Sequence record: ON470598
Length of the DNA stretch: 37,380 nucleotides
Source: Escherichia phage vB_EcoS-569R4
Strand: one strand, 5' to 3'
Part shown: positions 16,338 to 25,334 of the stretch, one piece after another
Layout of the letters: each line of letters opens with the position of its first letter
Numbering within the stretch: the first letter of the stretch is position 1
Notes under the pieces: model-generated
Seen by the model: the letters and a program-made list of their open reading frames with translations, nothing else
Told to the model about the DNA's origin: nothing
Databases searched by the model: none
Program-made: the position numbers and the translations under genes

Positions 16338-18439
16338 TGCTGAATCAGGAAACCGCAAAGGCAGCACGAACCGATTCAGGTTATATCCTTCGCGCACCGA
16401 GACGAATGCGGGTTGCTGATGCCGTTGCTCAGTATATGCGGGTGCCCATGGGGGCAGGGAACTCAGTCCCGTGGGATCCGCTGGTGGCACCGTATGTTAT
16501 TGAGCCGATGAACTGCCTGGCCTCGCGTGAATACGACGCAGTGATATTTGTTGGCCCGGCACGAACCGGCAAGACTATCGGCCTGATTGACGGCTGGGTG
16601 ATTTACAACGTGATTTGCGATCCTGCTGATATGCTGATTATTCAGATGACGGAGGAAAAAGCCCGCGAACACTCCAAAAAACGACTCGCCAGAACGTTTC
16701 GCGTCAGCCCGGAAGTGGTCAGTCGCCTGAGTCCGAACAAAAATGACAACAACGTTTATGACAGAACATTCCTTGCTGGTAACTACCTGAAAATCGGCTG
16801 GCCGTCAGTCAATATCATGTCCTCATCAGATTATAAATGCGTCGCGCTGACGGATTATGACCGTTTTCCGGAAGATATTGATGGCGAGGGGGATGCTTTC
16901 TCTCTTGCCTCAAAACGTACCACAACATTTATGTCCAGTGGTATGACGCTGGTGGAGAGTTCCCCCGGCAGGGATGTGAAGGATGTGAAATGGCGACGGA
17001 CTTCACCGCATGAGGCTCCACCAACCACGGGGATACTGTCGCTCTATAACCGTGGCGATCGCCGTCGCTGGTACTGGCCCTGTCCACACTGTGGTGAGTA
17101 TTTTCAGCCCTGCGGCGATGTGGTTGCTGGTTTCCGTGATATTGCCGATCCCGTGCTGGCAAGTGAGGCGGCTTATATTCAGTGTCCTTCCTGTTCAGGA
17201 CGGATTATGCCTGAACAAAAACGTGAGCTGAACGGACGTGGGGTCTGGTTGCGGGATGGTGAATCCATCAATGCGGATGGCAGTCGTTATGGTGATCCCC
17301 GACGCTCACGTATTGCGTCATTCTGGATGGAGGGTCCGGCAGCTGCTTACCAGACACTCTCGCAACTCGTTTACAAACTGCTTACTGCAGAACAGGAATA
17401 CGAGACAACCGGAAGTGAAGAAACACTCAAGACGGTTATCAATACCGACTGGGGATTACCTTATCTTCCCCGCGCCAGCATGGAGCAACGAAAAAGTGAA
17501 CTGCTTGAGCAGCGGGCAGAGCCAGTTCCTTCCCGCAGTGTGCCGGATGGCGTTAATTTTCTTGTGGCGACAGTGGATGTGCAGGCGGGACGTCATCGCC
17601 GTTTTGTGGTTCAGGTAACGGGCTATGGCAGCCGTGGCGAACGCTGGATTATTGATCGTTACAACATCACGCAGTCATTGCGCGGTGACAGCGACGGGGA
17701 GAGCCAGCGAATTGATCCGGCCAGCTATCCGGAAGACTGGGATGTCCTGCTGACGGATGTTTTTCATAAAAGCTGGCCGCTGGCCTCCGATCCTTCTCAA
17801 CAAATGCGACTGATGGCAATGGCGGTGGACTCCGGCGGTGAAGACGGGGTCACTGATAATGCCTATAAATTCTGGCGTCGTTGCCGTCGTGATGGCCTTG
17901 GTAAACGTATTTACCTGTTTAAGGGCGACAGCATCCGGCGCGCAAAACTGATCACCCGTACATTCCCTGATAACACCGGACGAACGGGCCGACGGGCGCA
18001 GGCTGCAGGTGATGTGCCGCTCTGGCTTCTTCAGACGGATGCACTGAAAGACCGGGTGAATAACGCGTTATGGCGTGACTCGCCAGGTCCCGGCTATGTG
18101 CATTTCCCTGACTGGCTGGGGAGCTGGTTTTACGACGAACTGACGTATGAAGAGCGGAGCAGTGACGGGAAATGGAGTAAGCCGGGTCGCGGTGCCAACG
18201 AAGCTTTTGACCTGATGGTGTATGCCGAGGCTCTGGTCATTCTGCATGGATACGAAAAGATCCGCTGGCCGGATGCACCGGAGTGGGCGAGCCGGGAAAC
18301 CTGGCTGGAGTGTGTCCCGGACAGTATCGAACCGTCACCCTCACCGGAACCGGTATCCACGCCTGTTAAAAAACAAAAACGGAAGAAAACAGTAACTGAC
18401 GATGTTAACCCCTGGCTGACTTCCGGAGGATGGTTATGA
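16337..18439 (+). CDS. terminase large subunit (lambda gpA family)
   Basis: 700 aa with a Walker A-like motif VGPARTGKT and gpA-like size and organisation; coupled to the small subunit. Confidence 0.9.
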   Translation: MLNQETAKAARTDSGYILRAPRRMRVADAVAQYMRVPMGAGNSVPWDPLVAPYVIEPMNCLASREYDAVIFVGPARTGKTIGLIDGWVIYNVICDPADMLIIQMTEEKAREHSKKRLARTFRVSPEVVSRLSPNKNDNNVYDRTFLAGNYLKIGWPSVNIMSSSDYKCVALTDYDRFPEDIDGEGDAFSLASKRTTTFMSSGMTLVESSPGRDVKDVKWRRTSPHEAPPTTGILSLYNRGDRRRWYWPCPHCGEYFQPCGDVVAGFRDIADPVLASEAAYIQCPSCSGRIMPEQKRELNGRGVWLRDGESINADGSRYGDPRRSRIASFWMEGPAAAYQTLSQLVYKLLTAEQEYETTGSEETLKTVINTDWGLPYLPRASMEQRKSELLEQRAEPVPSRSVPDGVNFLVATVDVQAGRHRRFVVQVTGYGSRGERWIIDRYNITQSLRGDSDGESQRIDPASYPEDWDVLLTDVFHKSWPLASDPSQQMRLMAMAVDSGGEDGVTDNAYKFWRRCRRDGLGKRIYLFKGDSIRRAKLITRTFPDNTGRTGRRAQAAGDVPLWLLQTDALKDRVNNALWRDSPGPGYVHFPDWLGSWFYDELTYEERSSDGKWSKPGRGANEAFDLMVYAEALVILHGYEKIRWPDAPEWASRETWLECVPDSIEPSPSPEPVSTPVKKQKRKKTVTDDVNPWLTSGGWL

Positions 18440-18648
18440 ACCAGAATGATATCGAAGCCATGATTCAGCGTTATACGGAAGCTGAAATGGCGGTGCTGGA
18501 CGGAAAATCCGTCACCTTTAATGGTCAGCAGATGACCATGGAAAACTTATCTGAGATCCGGCAGGGACGGCAGGAGTGGGAGCGCCGCCTTGCGGCTCTG
18601 ATTACACGACGACGGGGGCATCCCGGGTACCGGCTGGCGAGGTTCTGA
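18436..18648 (+). CDS. head-tail joining protein (gpW-like)
   Basis: ~70 aa between terminase and portal; start ATG at 18436 overlaps the terminase stop, with GGAGG 6 nt upstream; C-terminal RRRG as in lambda W. Confidence 0.7.
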   Translation: MNQNDIEAMIQRYTEAEMAVLDGKSVTFNGQQMTMENLSEIRQGRQEWERRLAALITRRRGHPGYRLARF

Positions 18649-20156
18649 TGGCAATTCTTGATGATGTGATTGGCGTTTTTTCACCAGGATGGAAAGCGGC
18701 AAGGCTGCGTTCCCGGGCGGTGATCCAGGCTTATGAGGCCGTAAAAACGACGCGGACACACAAAGCCCGGCGGGAAAACCGAACTGCCGACCAGTTAAGC
18801 CAGTACGGGGCCGTGTCGTTACGTGAGCAGGCCCGTTACCTTGATAACAACCACGATCTGGTCATTGGTGTATTTGACAAGCTGGAAGAACGGGTGGTGG
18901 GGAAAAACGGGATTATTGTCGAGCCACATCCGGTATTACGCAATGGGGCCATTGCCCGTGATCTGGCTGCGGAGATTCGCACCCGATGGAGTGAATGGTC
19001 TGTCAGCCCGGAAGTCACCGGGCAGTTTACCCGTCCGATGCTGGAACGTCTGATGCTGCGTACCTGGCTGCGCGATGGTGAGGTGTTTGCCCAGATGGTT
19101 TCCGGGCGCATAAACAGCCTGACGCCTTCTGCCGGTGTTCATTTCTGGCTGGAGGCGCTCGAGCCGGACTTTATTCCCATGACCAGTGATGAGAGCAACA
19201 GGCTGAATCAGGGCGTGTTTGTTGATTACTGGGGGCGTCCCGAAAAATATCTGGTGTATAAAAGCCGTCCCGTATCCGGACGGCAGATGGAAACCAAAGA
19301 AGTGGATGCAGAGCGAATGCTGCATCTTAAATTTGTTCGCCGTCTGCACCAGATGCGCGGGACGTCTTTATTGTCCGGTGTGCTGATCCGCCTCAGTGCT
19401 CTGAAAGAGTATGAAGATTCTGAGCTGACTGCAGCAAGGATCGCCGCTGCTCTGGGGATGTACATCCGGAAAGGCGACGGGCAGAGCTATGAAGCGGATG
19501 GTAATGGCAGCAAGGATAAGGAACGCGAGCTTACCATTCAGCCAGGCATTATTTACGATGATCTGAAACCCGGCGAAGAAATCGGAATGGTGAAGTCGGA
19601 TCGCCCCAATCCTAACCTTGAAACTTTTCGTAATGGTCAGTTGCGTGCCGTGGCGGCGGGCAGTCGTCTGAGTTTTTCCAGTACAGCGCGCAACTATAAC
19701 GGCACTTACAGCGCCCAGCGTCAGGAGCTGGTTGAATCCACTGATGGCTACCTGATCCTGCAGGACTGGTTTATTGGTGCCGTCACCCGTCCGATGTATC
19801 GTGCCTGGCTGAAACAGGCTGTGGCATCCGGTGTTATCAGGCTACCCCGCGATCTTGACCGTTCTTCACTGTATACCGCGGTGTATTCCGGACCGGTGAT
19901 GCCGTGGATTGACCCTGTTAAGGAGGCTGAGGCCTGGAAAATCCAGATTCGTGGTGGAGCGGCGACAGAATCAGACTGGGTACGTGCTGGTGGTCGTAAT
20001 CCGGATGATGTCAAACGTCGGCGCAAGGCCGAAATTGATGAAAACCGCAAACTGGATCTGGTATTTGATACCGATCCGGCCAGTGATAAAGGAGGCAGCA
20101 GTGCCGCAACGAAACGACAGGAGCCGCAGCACACCGACGACCAGTCCGAAGAATAA
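18648..20156 (+). CDS. portal protein (lambda gpB-like)
   Basis: Track ORF trimmed to the ATG at 18648, overlapping the W stop; ~502 aa in the canonical position. Confidence 0.85.
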   Translation: MAILDDVIGVFSPGWKAARLRSRAVIQAYEAVKTTRTHKARRENRTADQLSQYGAVSLREQARYLDNNHDLVIGVFDKLEERVVGKNGIIVEPHPVLRNGAIARDLAAEIRTRWSEWSVSPEVTGQFTRPMLERLMLRTWLRDGEVFAQMVSGRINSLTPSAGVHFWLEALEPDFIPMTSDESNRLNQGVFVDYWGRPEKYLVYKSRPVSGRQMETKEVDAERMLHLKFVRRLHQMRGTSLLSGVLIRLSALKEYEDSELTAARIAAALGMYIRKGDGQSYEADGNGSKDKERELTIQPGIIYDDLKPGEEIGMVKSDRPNPNLETFRNGQLRAVAAGSRLSFSSTARNYNGTYSAQRQELVESTDGYLILQDWFIGAVTRPMYRAWLKQAVASGVIRLPRDLDRSSLYTAVYSGPVMPWIDPVKEAEAWKIQIRGGAATESDWVRAGGRNPDDVKRRRKAEIDENRKLDLVFDTDPASDKGGSSAATKRQEPQHTDDQSEE

Positions 20157-20169
20157 TTCCTGGTTCAGG

Positions 20170-22128
20170 ATGCAGGCTGGTCACCAGAGTGACGCGGATA
20201 TTTATATTTATGACGAGATTGGTTTCTGGGGTGTTACAGCGAAGCAGTTTATCAGTGATCTGAATGCACTGGGCGATATCACCCACATTAATCTCCATAT
20301 TAATTCACCGGGTGGCGATGTCTTTGAAGGCATCGCCATTTTTAATGCGCTGAAAACACATGGTGCGTCCATTACCGTTTATGTCGACGGTGTGGCGGCG
20401 TCAATGGCGTCGGTCATTGCGATGGTGGGAAACCCGGTCATTATGCCGGAAAACACCTTCATGATGATTCATAAACCATTTGGCTTTACGGGCGGTGATG
20501 CGGAGGACATGCGCACCTATGCCGACCTGCTCGATAAAGTTGAGGCGGTTCTGTTACCCGCTTATGCACAGAAAACCGGGAAAACCACCGATGAAATTGC
20601 TGCCATGCTGGCGGATGAGACCTGGATGTCCGGTGCCGAATGTCTGGCACATGGATTTGCTGATCAGGTAACGCCAGCCGTTAAGGCAATGGCATGTATT
20701 CAGTCAAAACGTACAGAGGAATTTAAAAAGATGCCGGAATCCATTCGAAACATGATTACTCCGCCACGCAACAGTGCTCCACGCGTACAGGATAATGAAC
20801 CTGAAGCCTCCCGGACGCCAGTGCAGGCAGCAGCACCCGTGGTGGATGAAAACAGCATCCGTGCGCAGGTACTGGCAGAGCAAAAAGCGCGTGTAAACGG
20901 TATTAATGATCTGTTTGCCATGTTTGGCGGGCGTTATCAGACGCTGCAGGCTCAGTGTCTTGCCGATCCTGAATGTTCGCTGGAGCAGGCCCGCGAAAAG
21001 CTGTTGAACGAGATGGGGCGCGAGTCCACGCCATCCAATAAAAATACCCCGGCTCATATTTATGCCGGTAACGGTAATTTTGTGGGGGACGGGATCCGCC
21101 AGGCGCTGATGGCGCGTGCCGGATTTGAAAAAACCGAACGTGATAATGTCTACAACGGGATGACCCTGCGTGAATATGCCCGTATGTCACTGACTGAACG
21201 GGGTATTGGGGTTTCCAGTTATAACCCGATGCAGATGGTCGGTGCGGCGTTCACACACAGTACGTCTGACTTCGGTAATATTCTGCTGGATGTTGCGAAC
21301 AAAGCCATTCTGCAGGGCTGGGAAGATGCCCCTGAAACCTATGAACAGTGGACGCGGAAAGGTCAGTTGTCTGATTTTAAAATTGCCCATCGTGTGGGTA
21401 TGGGGGGCTTCAGTGCTCTGCGTCAGGTGCGTGAAGGGGCGGAATATAAATACGTCACCACCGGAGATAAACAGGCCACTATTGCACTGGCGACCTATGG
21501 CGAGCTGTTCAGTATCACCCGTCAGGCCATTATCAATGATGATCTGAATATGCTGACCGATGTCCCGATGAAGCTGGGCCGTGCGGCGAAATCCACTATT
21601 GCCGATCTGGTTTATGCCATTCTGACGTCTAACCCGAAAATCTCCACAGATAATGTAAGTCTGTTCGATAAAGCGAAACATGCAAACGTACTGGAGAGCG
21701 CTGCAATGGACGTGGCATCGCTGGATAAAGCCCGCCAGTTGATGCGCGTTCAGAAAGAGGGGGAGCGTCATCTGAATATTCGTCCTGCGTTCGTACTGGT
21801 ACCGACGGCGATGGAGTCTGTTGCTAACCAGGTCATTCGCTCCTCAAGTGTCAAGGGGGCTGACATTAACGCCGGTATTATTAACCCGGTGAAAGATTTT
21901 GCGACCGTTATTGCAGAGCCTCGTCTTGATGATAACAGCCAGACCACCTTCTACCTGGCTGCGTCAAAAGGCTCCGATACGATTGAAGTGGCTTATCTCA
22001 ACGGTGTGGATACGCCATATATTGATCAGATGGAGGGCTTCAGTGTGGATGGCGTGACAACGAAAGTGCGTATTGACGCCGGTGTCGCGCCAGTTGATCA
22101 CCGCGGTCTGGTGAAATGTACGGCGTAA
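20170..22128 (+). CDS. fused head maturation protease (ClpP/S14-like), scaffold-like linker and major capsid protein
   Basis: N-terminal ClpP-like region (IYIYDEIGFWGV...INSPGGDV...VDGVAASMASVIAMVG), Pro/Ala-rich linker, C-terminal ~330-aa capsid-like domain; start chosen at the first ATG after the portal stop. Confidence 0.75.
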   Translation: MQAGHQSDADIYIYDEIGFWGVTAKQFISDLNALGDITHINLHINSPGGDVFEGIAIFNALKTHGASITVYVDGVAASMASVIAMVGNPVIMPENTFMMIHKPFGFTGGDAEDMRTYADLLDKVEAVLLPAYAQKTGKTTDEIAAMLADETWMSGAECLAHGFADQVTPAVKAMACIQSKRTEEFKKMPESIRNMITPPRNSAPRVQDNEPEASRTPVQAAAPVVDENSIRAQVLAEQKARVNGINDLFAMFGGRYQTLQAQCLADPECSLEQAREKLLNEMGRESTPSNKNTPAHIYAGNGNFVGDGIRQALMARAGFEKTERDNVYNGMTLREYARMSLTERGIGVSSYNPMQMVGAAFTHSTSDFGNILLDVANKAILQGWEDAPETYEQWTRKGQLSDFKIAHRVGMGGFSALRQVREGAEYKYVTTGDKQATIALATYGELFSITRQAIINDDLNMLTDVPMKLGRAAKSTIADLVYAILTSNPKISTDNVSLFDKAKHANVLESAAMDVASLDKARQLMRVQKEGERHLNIRPAFVLVPTAMESVANQVIRSSSVKGADINAGIINPVKDFATVIAEPRLDDNSQTTFYLAASKGSDTIEVAYLNGVDTPYIDQMEGFSVDGVTTKVRIDAGVAPVDHRGLVKCTA

Positions 22129-22152
22129 ACGTCGCAGACAACAACTCTGATG

Positions 22153-22171
22153 GCCCGTAAGGGCTTTTTTT
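22153..22171 (+). terminator. putative intrinsic terminator after the capsid gene (GCCC-gtaa-GGGC followed by T7)
   Basis: Short GC stem and T7 run 25 nt after the capsid stop; a second hairpin (AGCCCCTGAACGGGGCT) follows. Confidence 0.45.
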
Positions 22172-22214
22172 GTACCTGAAATCAGCCCCTGAACGGGGCT
22201 GTGCGGAGACAGTT

Positions 22215-22538
22215 ATGGCAAAGAATTTTGTAGAAGAAGGAAAAACGGTGGCGATTGTTGCCAGTGCAGCCATCAGCAGCGGAGATCTGGTGCAGGTGGG
22301 TGATGTTTTTGCGGTGGCGCTGACCGATATTCCACAGGGTGAAACAGGCGACGGCATGACCGAAGGTGTGTTTATGCTGCCTAAGCTGAAAACGGATGAC
22401 ATGAAAACGGGTAAGAAGGTTTATCTGAAGTCCGGAAAAGTTCAGCTGACTAACAGCGGCTCTGATCCGCTGGTCGGGGTTGTCTGGGCAGATGCCGGAA
22501 CCAGTGCAGAAGAAGTGCCGGTAAAACTCAATGTCTGA
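22215..22538 (+). CDS. small head protein, DUF2190-like (possible decoration/cement protein)
   Basis: Track ORF trimmed to MAKNFVEEG...; ~107 aa Gly/Val-rich protein directly after the capsid gene. Confidence 0.5.
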   Translation: MAKNFVEEGKTVAIVASAAISSGDLVQVGDVFAVALTDIPQGETGDGMTEGVFMLPKLKTDDMKTGKKVYLKSGKVQLTNSGSDPLVGVVWADAGTSAEEVPVKLNV

Positions 22539-22806
22539 TCCCTTTTCCCGGCTGGCAGCGCGTATGGATGCGATCACGGTCAGAAAGATGGGAAAGACAG
22601 CCTCGATTAATGATGCCGATATGACTGTGATCCCGGGAGAAACACTGGCAGAGCTGAATGCTCTGTCCGGACCTGCGGTATCTCTGGTGGTGTTTTCTTC
22701 GGGATACCGCCCACGGCGCGGGGATCGCGTTGTTTATGACGGACAACAATGGACGGTCACACGGCATGAACGTTTTAACGGTAAGCCAATGATCTTTATT
22801 GAGTAA
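22531..22806 (+). CDS. head-tail connector/head completion protein (91 aa)
   Basis: Small ORF between head and tail genes, overlapping the previous gene; position-based call. Confidence 0.5.
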   Translation: MSDPFSRLAARMDAITVRKMGKTASINDADMTVIPGETLAELNALSGPAVSLVVFSSGYRPRRGDRVVYDGQQWTVTRHERFNGKPMIFIE

Positions 22807-22817
22807 AGAGGTGTGGG

Positions 22818-23396
22818 ATGAAGGGGCTTGAGAATGCCATCCGTAATCTGAACAGCCTTGATACCCGTATGGTGCCACAGGCCAGCGCATGGGCGATAAA
22901 CCGTGTGGCACAGAAAGCGGTCTCGGTCGCCACCCGGCAGGTTGCCGGGAATACCGTTGCGGGAGATAACCAGGTGAAAGGGATCCCCCTGAAACTGGTA
23001 CGTCAGCGTGTCCGGGTGTTTAAAGCCAGTCCGTCAGGAAAAATGACGGCCAGGATCCGCGTTAACCGGGGCAATCTGCCCGCTATTAAGCTGGGGACAA
23101 CCCAGGTCAGACTGGCCCGGCGTGGTGGAAAACTGCAGTACCGTGGCAGTGTGCTGAAGGTGGGTAAATATCTTTTCCGGGATGCGTTTATTCAGCAACT
23201 GGCGAATGGTCGCTGGCATGTGATGCGGCGTATTGATGGCAAAAATCGTTACCCCATTGATGTGGTGAAAGTCCCGCTGTCCGGACCGCTGACACAGGCA
23301 TTTGAAGATGCCCGCGACCGCATTATTGCTGCGGAAATGCCGAAACAGCTGGGGTATGCACTGAAACAACAACTGAGGTTATGGCTGACCCGATGA
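22818..23396 (+). CDS. Z: tail completion protein (lambda gpZ-like, 192 aa)
   Basis: Size and position match lambda Z; GAGG SD upstream. Confidence 0.6.
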   Translation: MKGLENAIRNLNSLDTRMVPQASAWAINRVAQKAVSVATRQVAGNTVAGDNQVKGIPLKLVRQRVRVFKASPSGKMTARIRVNRGNLPAIKLGTTQVRLARRGGKLQYRGSVLKVGKYLFRDAFIQQLANGRWHVMRRIDGKNRYPIDVVKVPLSGPLTQAFEDARDRIIAAEMPKQLGYALKQQLRLWLTR

Positions 23397-23794
23397 ACCG
23401 ACATACACAAATCCGCCAGGCCGTACTGGCACGCCTTCGGGAACAGTGTGGAGACAGCGCCACGTTTTTTGACGGGCTTCCGGCATTTATTGATGCGCAG
23501 GAACTGCCTGCCGTGGCGGTGTGGCTGAGTGATGCTCAGTACACCGGAAAAATGACGGATGAAGATGACTGGCAGGCTGTTCTGCATATTGCTGTCTTCA
23601 TCCGGGCACAGGCACCGGATTCAGAGCTGGATATGTGGATGGAGAGCACCATTTTCCCGGCTCTGAATGATATACCGGCACTTTCCGGACTCATCGACAC
23701 CCTGATCCCTCTCGGTTTTAACTATCAACGTGATAATGAGATGGCCACCTGGGCGATGGCGGAAATCACGTACCAGATCACGTACACGAATTAA
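23393..23794 (+). CDS. U: tail terminator protein (lambda gpU-like)
   Basis: Start ATG at 23393 overlaps the Z stop (ATGA); sequence aligns with my recollection of lambda U (ATFFDG...PAVAVWL...YTG...). Confidence 0.7.
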   Translation: MNRHTQIRQAVLARLREQCGDSATFFDGLPAFIDAQELPAVAVWLSDAQYTGKMTDEDDWQAVLHIAVFIRAQAPDSELDMWMESTIFPALNDIPALSGLIDTLIPLGFNYQRDNEMATWAMAEITYQITYTN

Positions 23795-23799
23795 AGGAG

Positions 23800-24549
23800 G
23801 TGGCAATGACCACACCAAATCCACTGGCAAAAACGAAAGGTGCGGGAACGACGTTCTGGATGTACACCGGCAAGGGCGATGCGTTTGCGAACCCTTTATC
23901 GGACACTGACTGGCTGCGTCTTGCGATGGTGAAGGATCTGCAACCTGGCGAAATGACCGCTGATGCAGAAGATGACACTTATCTCGATGATGAAGATGCA
24001 GACTGGAAAACGACAACCCAGGGGCAGAAATCCGTCGGTGATACTTCGGCGACGCTGGCCTGGCGTCCGGGTGACAGCGGGCAGAAAAAACTGGTTCAGT
24101 TGTTCGACTCCGGTGAAGTCTGCGCGTTTCGTATCAAATATCCCAACGGCACTGTTGATGTTTTCCGTGGCTGGCTGAGCTCACTGGGTAAAACCATTGC
24201 CTCAAAAGACGTGATGACCCGCACAGTGAAAATCAGCGGTGTGGGGCGTCCGCATCTGGCAGAGGAAGGCACTGAAACAGTGAGCGTTACCGGGCTGACG
24301 GTGGCACCGGCATCTGCCAGTGTAAAAGTGGGAGCAACCACCACGCTGACCTTTACAGTAAAACCTGACGGAGCCAGTGACAAAGCGATCAGTGTGCATT
24401 CGACAGATCCACAGACTGCCACGGTGACCCTGAACGGGCTTGTGGCCACGGTGAAAGGCGTGAAGCAGGGCAGTGTCAGCATTGTGGGCATGACTTCTGA
24501 CGGCGATTTTGTGGCCGTGGCTGCGGTGGCTGTCAGCGCCGCAGGTTAA
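23800..24549 (+). CDS. V: major tail protein (lambda gpV-like) with C-terminal Ig-like domain
   Basis: 249 aa; N-terminus NPLAKTKGAGTTFWMY and motif NGTVDVFRGW resemble lambda V; Thr/Val-rich Ig-like C-terminus. Confidence 0.85.
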   Translation: MAMTTPNPLAKTKGAGTTFWMYTGKGDAFANPLSDTDWLRLAMVKDLQPGEMTADAEDDTYLDDEDADWKTTTQGQKSVGDTSATLAWRPGDSGQKKLVQLFDSGEVCAFRIKYPNGTVDVFRGWLSSLGKTIASKDVMTRTVKISGVGRPHLAEEGTETVSVTGLTVAPASASVKVGATTTLTFTVKPDGASDKAISVHSTDPQTATVTLNGLVATVKGVKQGSVSIVGMTSDGDFVAVAAVAVSAAG

Positions 24550-24569
24550 CAGGACGATACTCATCATTT

Positions 24570-24593
24570 GCCCCGGTTATCCGGGGCTTTTTT
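24570..24593 (+). terminator. intrinsic terminator hairpin between V and G (GCCCCGG-ttat-CCGGGGC followed by T6)
   Basis: Perfect 7-bp GC stem, 4-nt loop, T-run; placed so as to lower G/GT expression relative to V. Confidence 0.6.
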
Positions 24594-24609
24594 GCAGGTG
24601 GAGAACATG

Positions 24610-24996
24610 ATGTTTCTGAAACAGGGCTCGTTTAATTATGAAAAGCAGTCCGTGGTGCTCAGTGAGCTGTCCGGGCTGCAGAGAATTGAATATCTGGCGT
24701 TTGTTCAGCAGCGAACGGCAAAGTTTGATGCCGAAGAGGGAGAACTGCCGGAGGCTGAACGACAGATTGCTTTTCTGCGGATGGGGATGGATATCAATGC
24801 CTGGCTGGTTTCCCGCTCACTGTGGAATGCGGAACAGTCTCAGGATGTTGAGACGCTTTGCGCATCCGTTATTACAACATGGTCGTATGATGCCCTGGGA
24901 GCGGGGGCGGAGATGGTTCTGTCGCTGAGCGGTATGGGAGCCATTGAGAATGCCGGGGATTTGGAGCATGAGGTGCTGACGCCGGAAAAGTCCTGA
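24610..24996 (+). CDS. G: tail assembly chaperone G
   Basis: Track ORF trimmed to MFLKQGSF...; resembles the lambda G N-terminus (LSELSxLQRIE); ends 8 nt before the -1-frame T ORF. Confidence 0.75.
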   Translation: MFLKQGSFNYEKQSVVLSELSGLQRIEYLAFVQQRTAKFDAEEGELPEAERQIAFLRMGMDINAWLVSRSLWNAEQSQDVETLCASVITTWSYDALGAGAEMVLSLSGMGAIENAGDLEHEVLTPEKS

Positions 24997-25334
24997 CGCG
25001 GGAAATGCAGTTTGTCATGCGGCTTGCCCGGGAGTTCCGGCGGGCAGACTGGCGGCGGATGCTGTCGGAAATGTCGGCCACTGAGCTTGGTGAATGGGGC
25101 GATTATTTCCGGATGCAGAGCTTCAGTGATGTGTGGATGGATGCGCAGTTTGCCTCGCTGAAGGCATTGATCGTGAGAATGGTGTCCGGTAGCAGTGATG
25201 CTGCGGTGGCTGATTTCAGCCTTTTACCGGAAGAGAACGGGATACCGGAGCGAACGGACGAAGAACTGATGCATCTTGGGGAAGGTATTTCCGGAGGTGT
25301 GCGTTATGGACCAGATAGCCAACCTGGTCATTGA
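24984..25334 (+). CDS. T portion of the G-T tail assembly chaperone, expected via -1 ribosomal frameshift near the end of G
   Basis: ORF 25005..25334 is in the -1 frame relative to G and is open back through the G 3' end; candidate slip site GGAAAAG at 24984-24990 is non-canonical. Confidence 0.45.
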   Translation, partial: GKVLTREMQFVMRLAREFRRADWRRMLSEMSATELGEWGDYFRMQSFSDVWMDAQFASLKALIVRMVSGSSDAAVADFSLLPEENGIPERTDEELMHLGEGISGGVRYGPDSQPGH

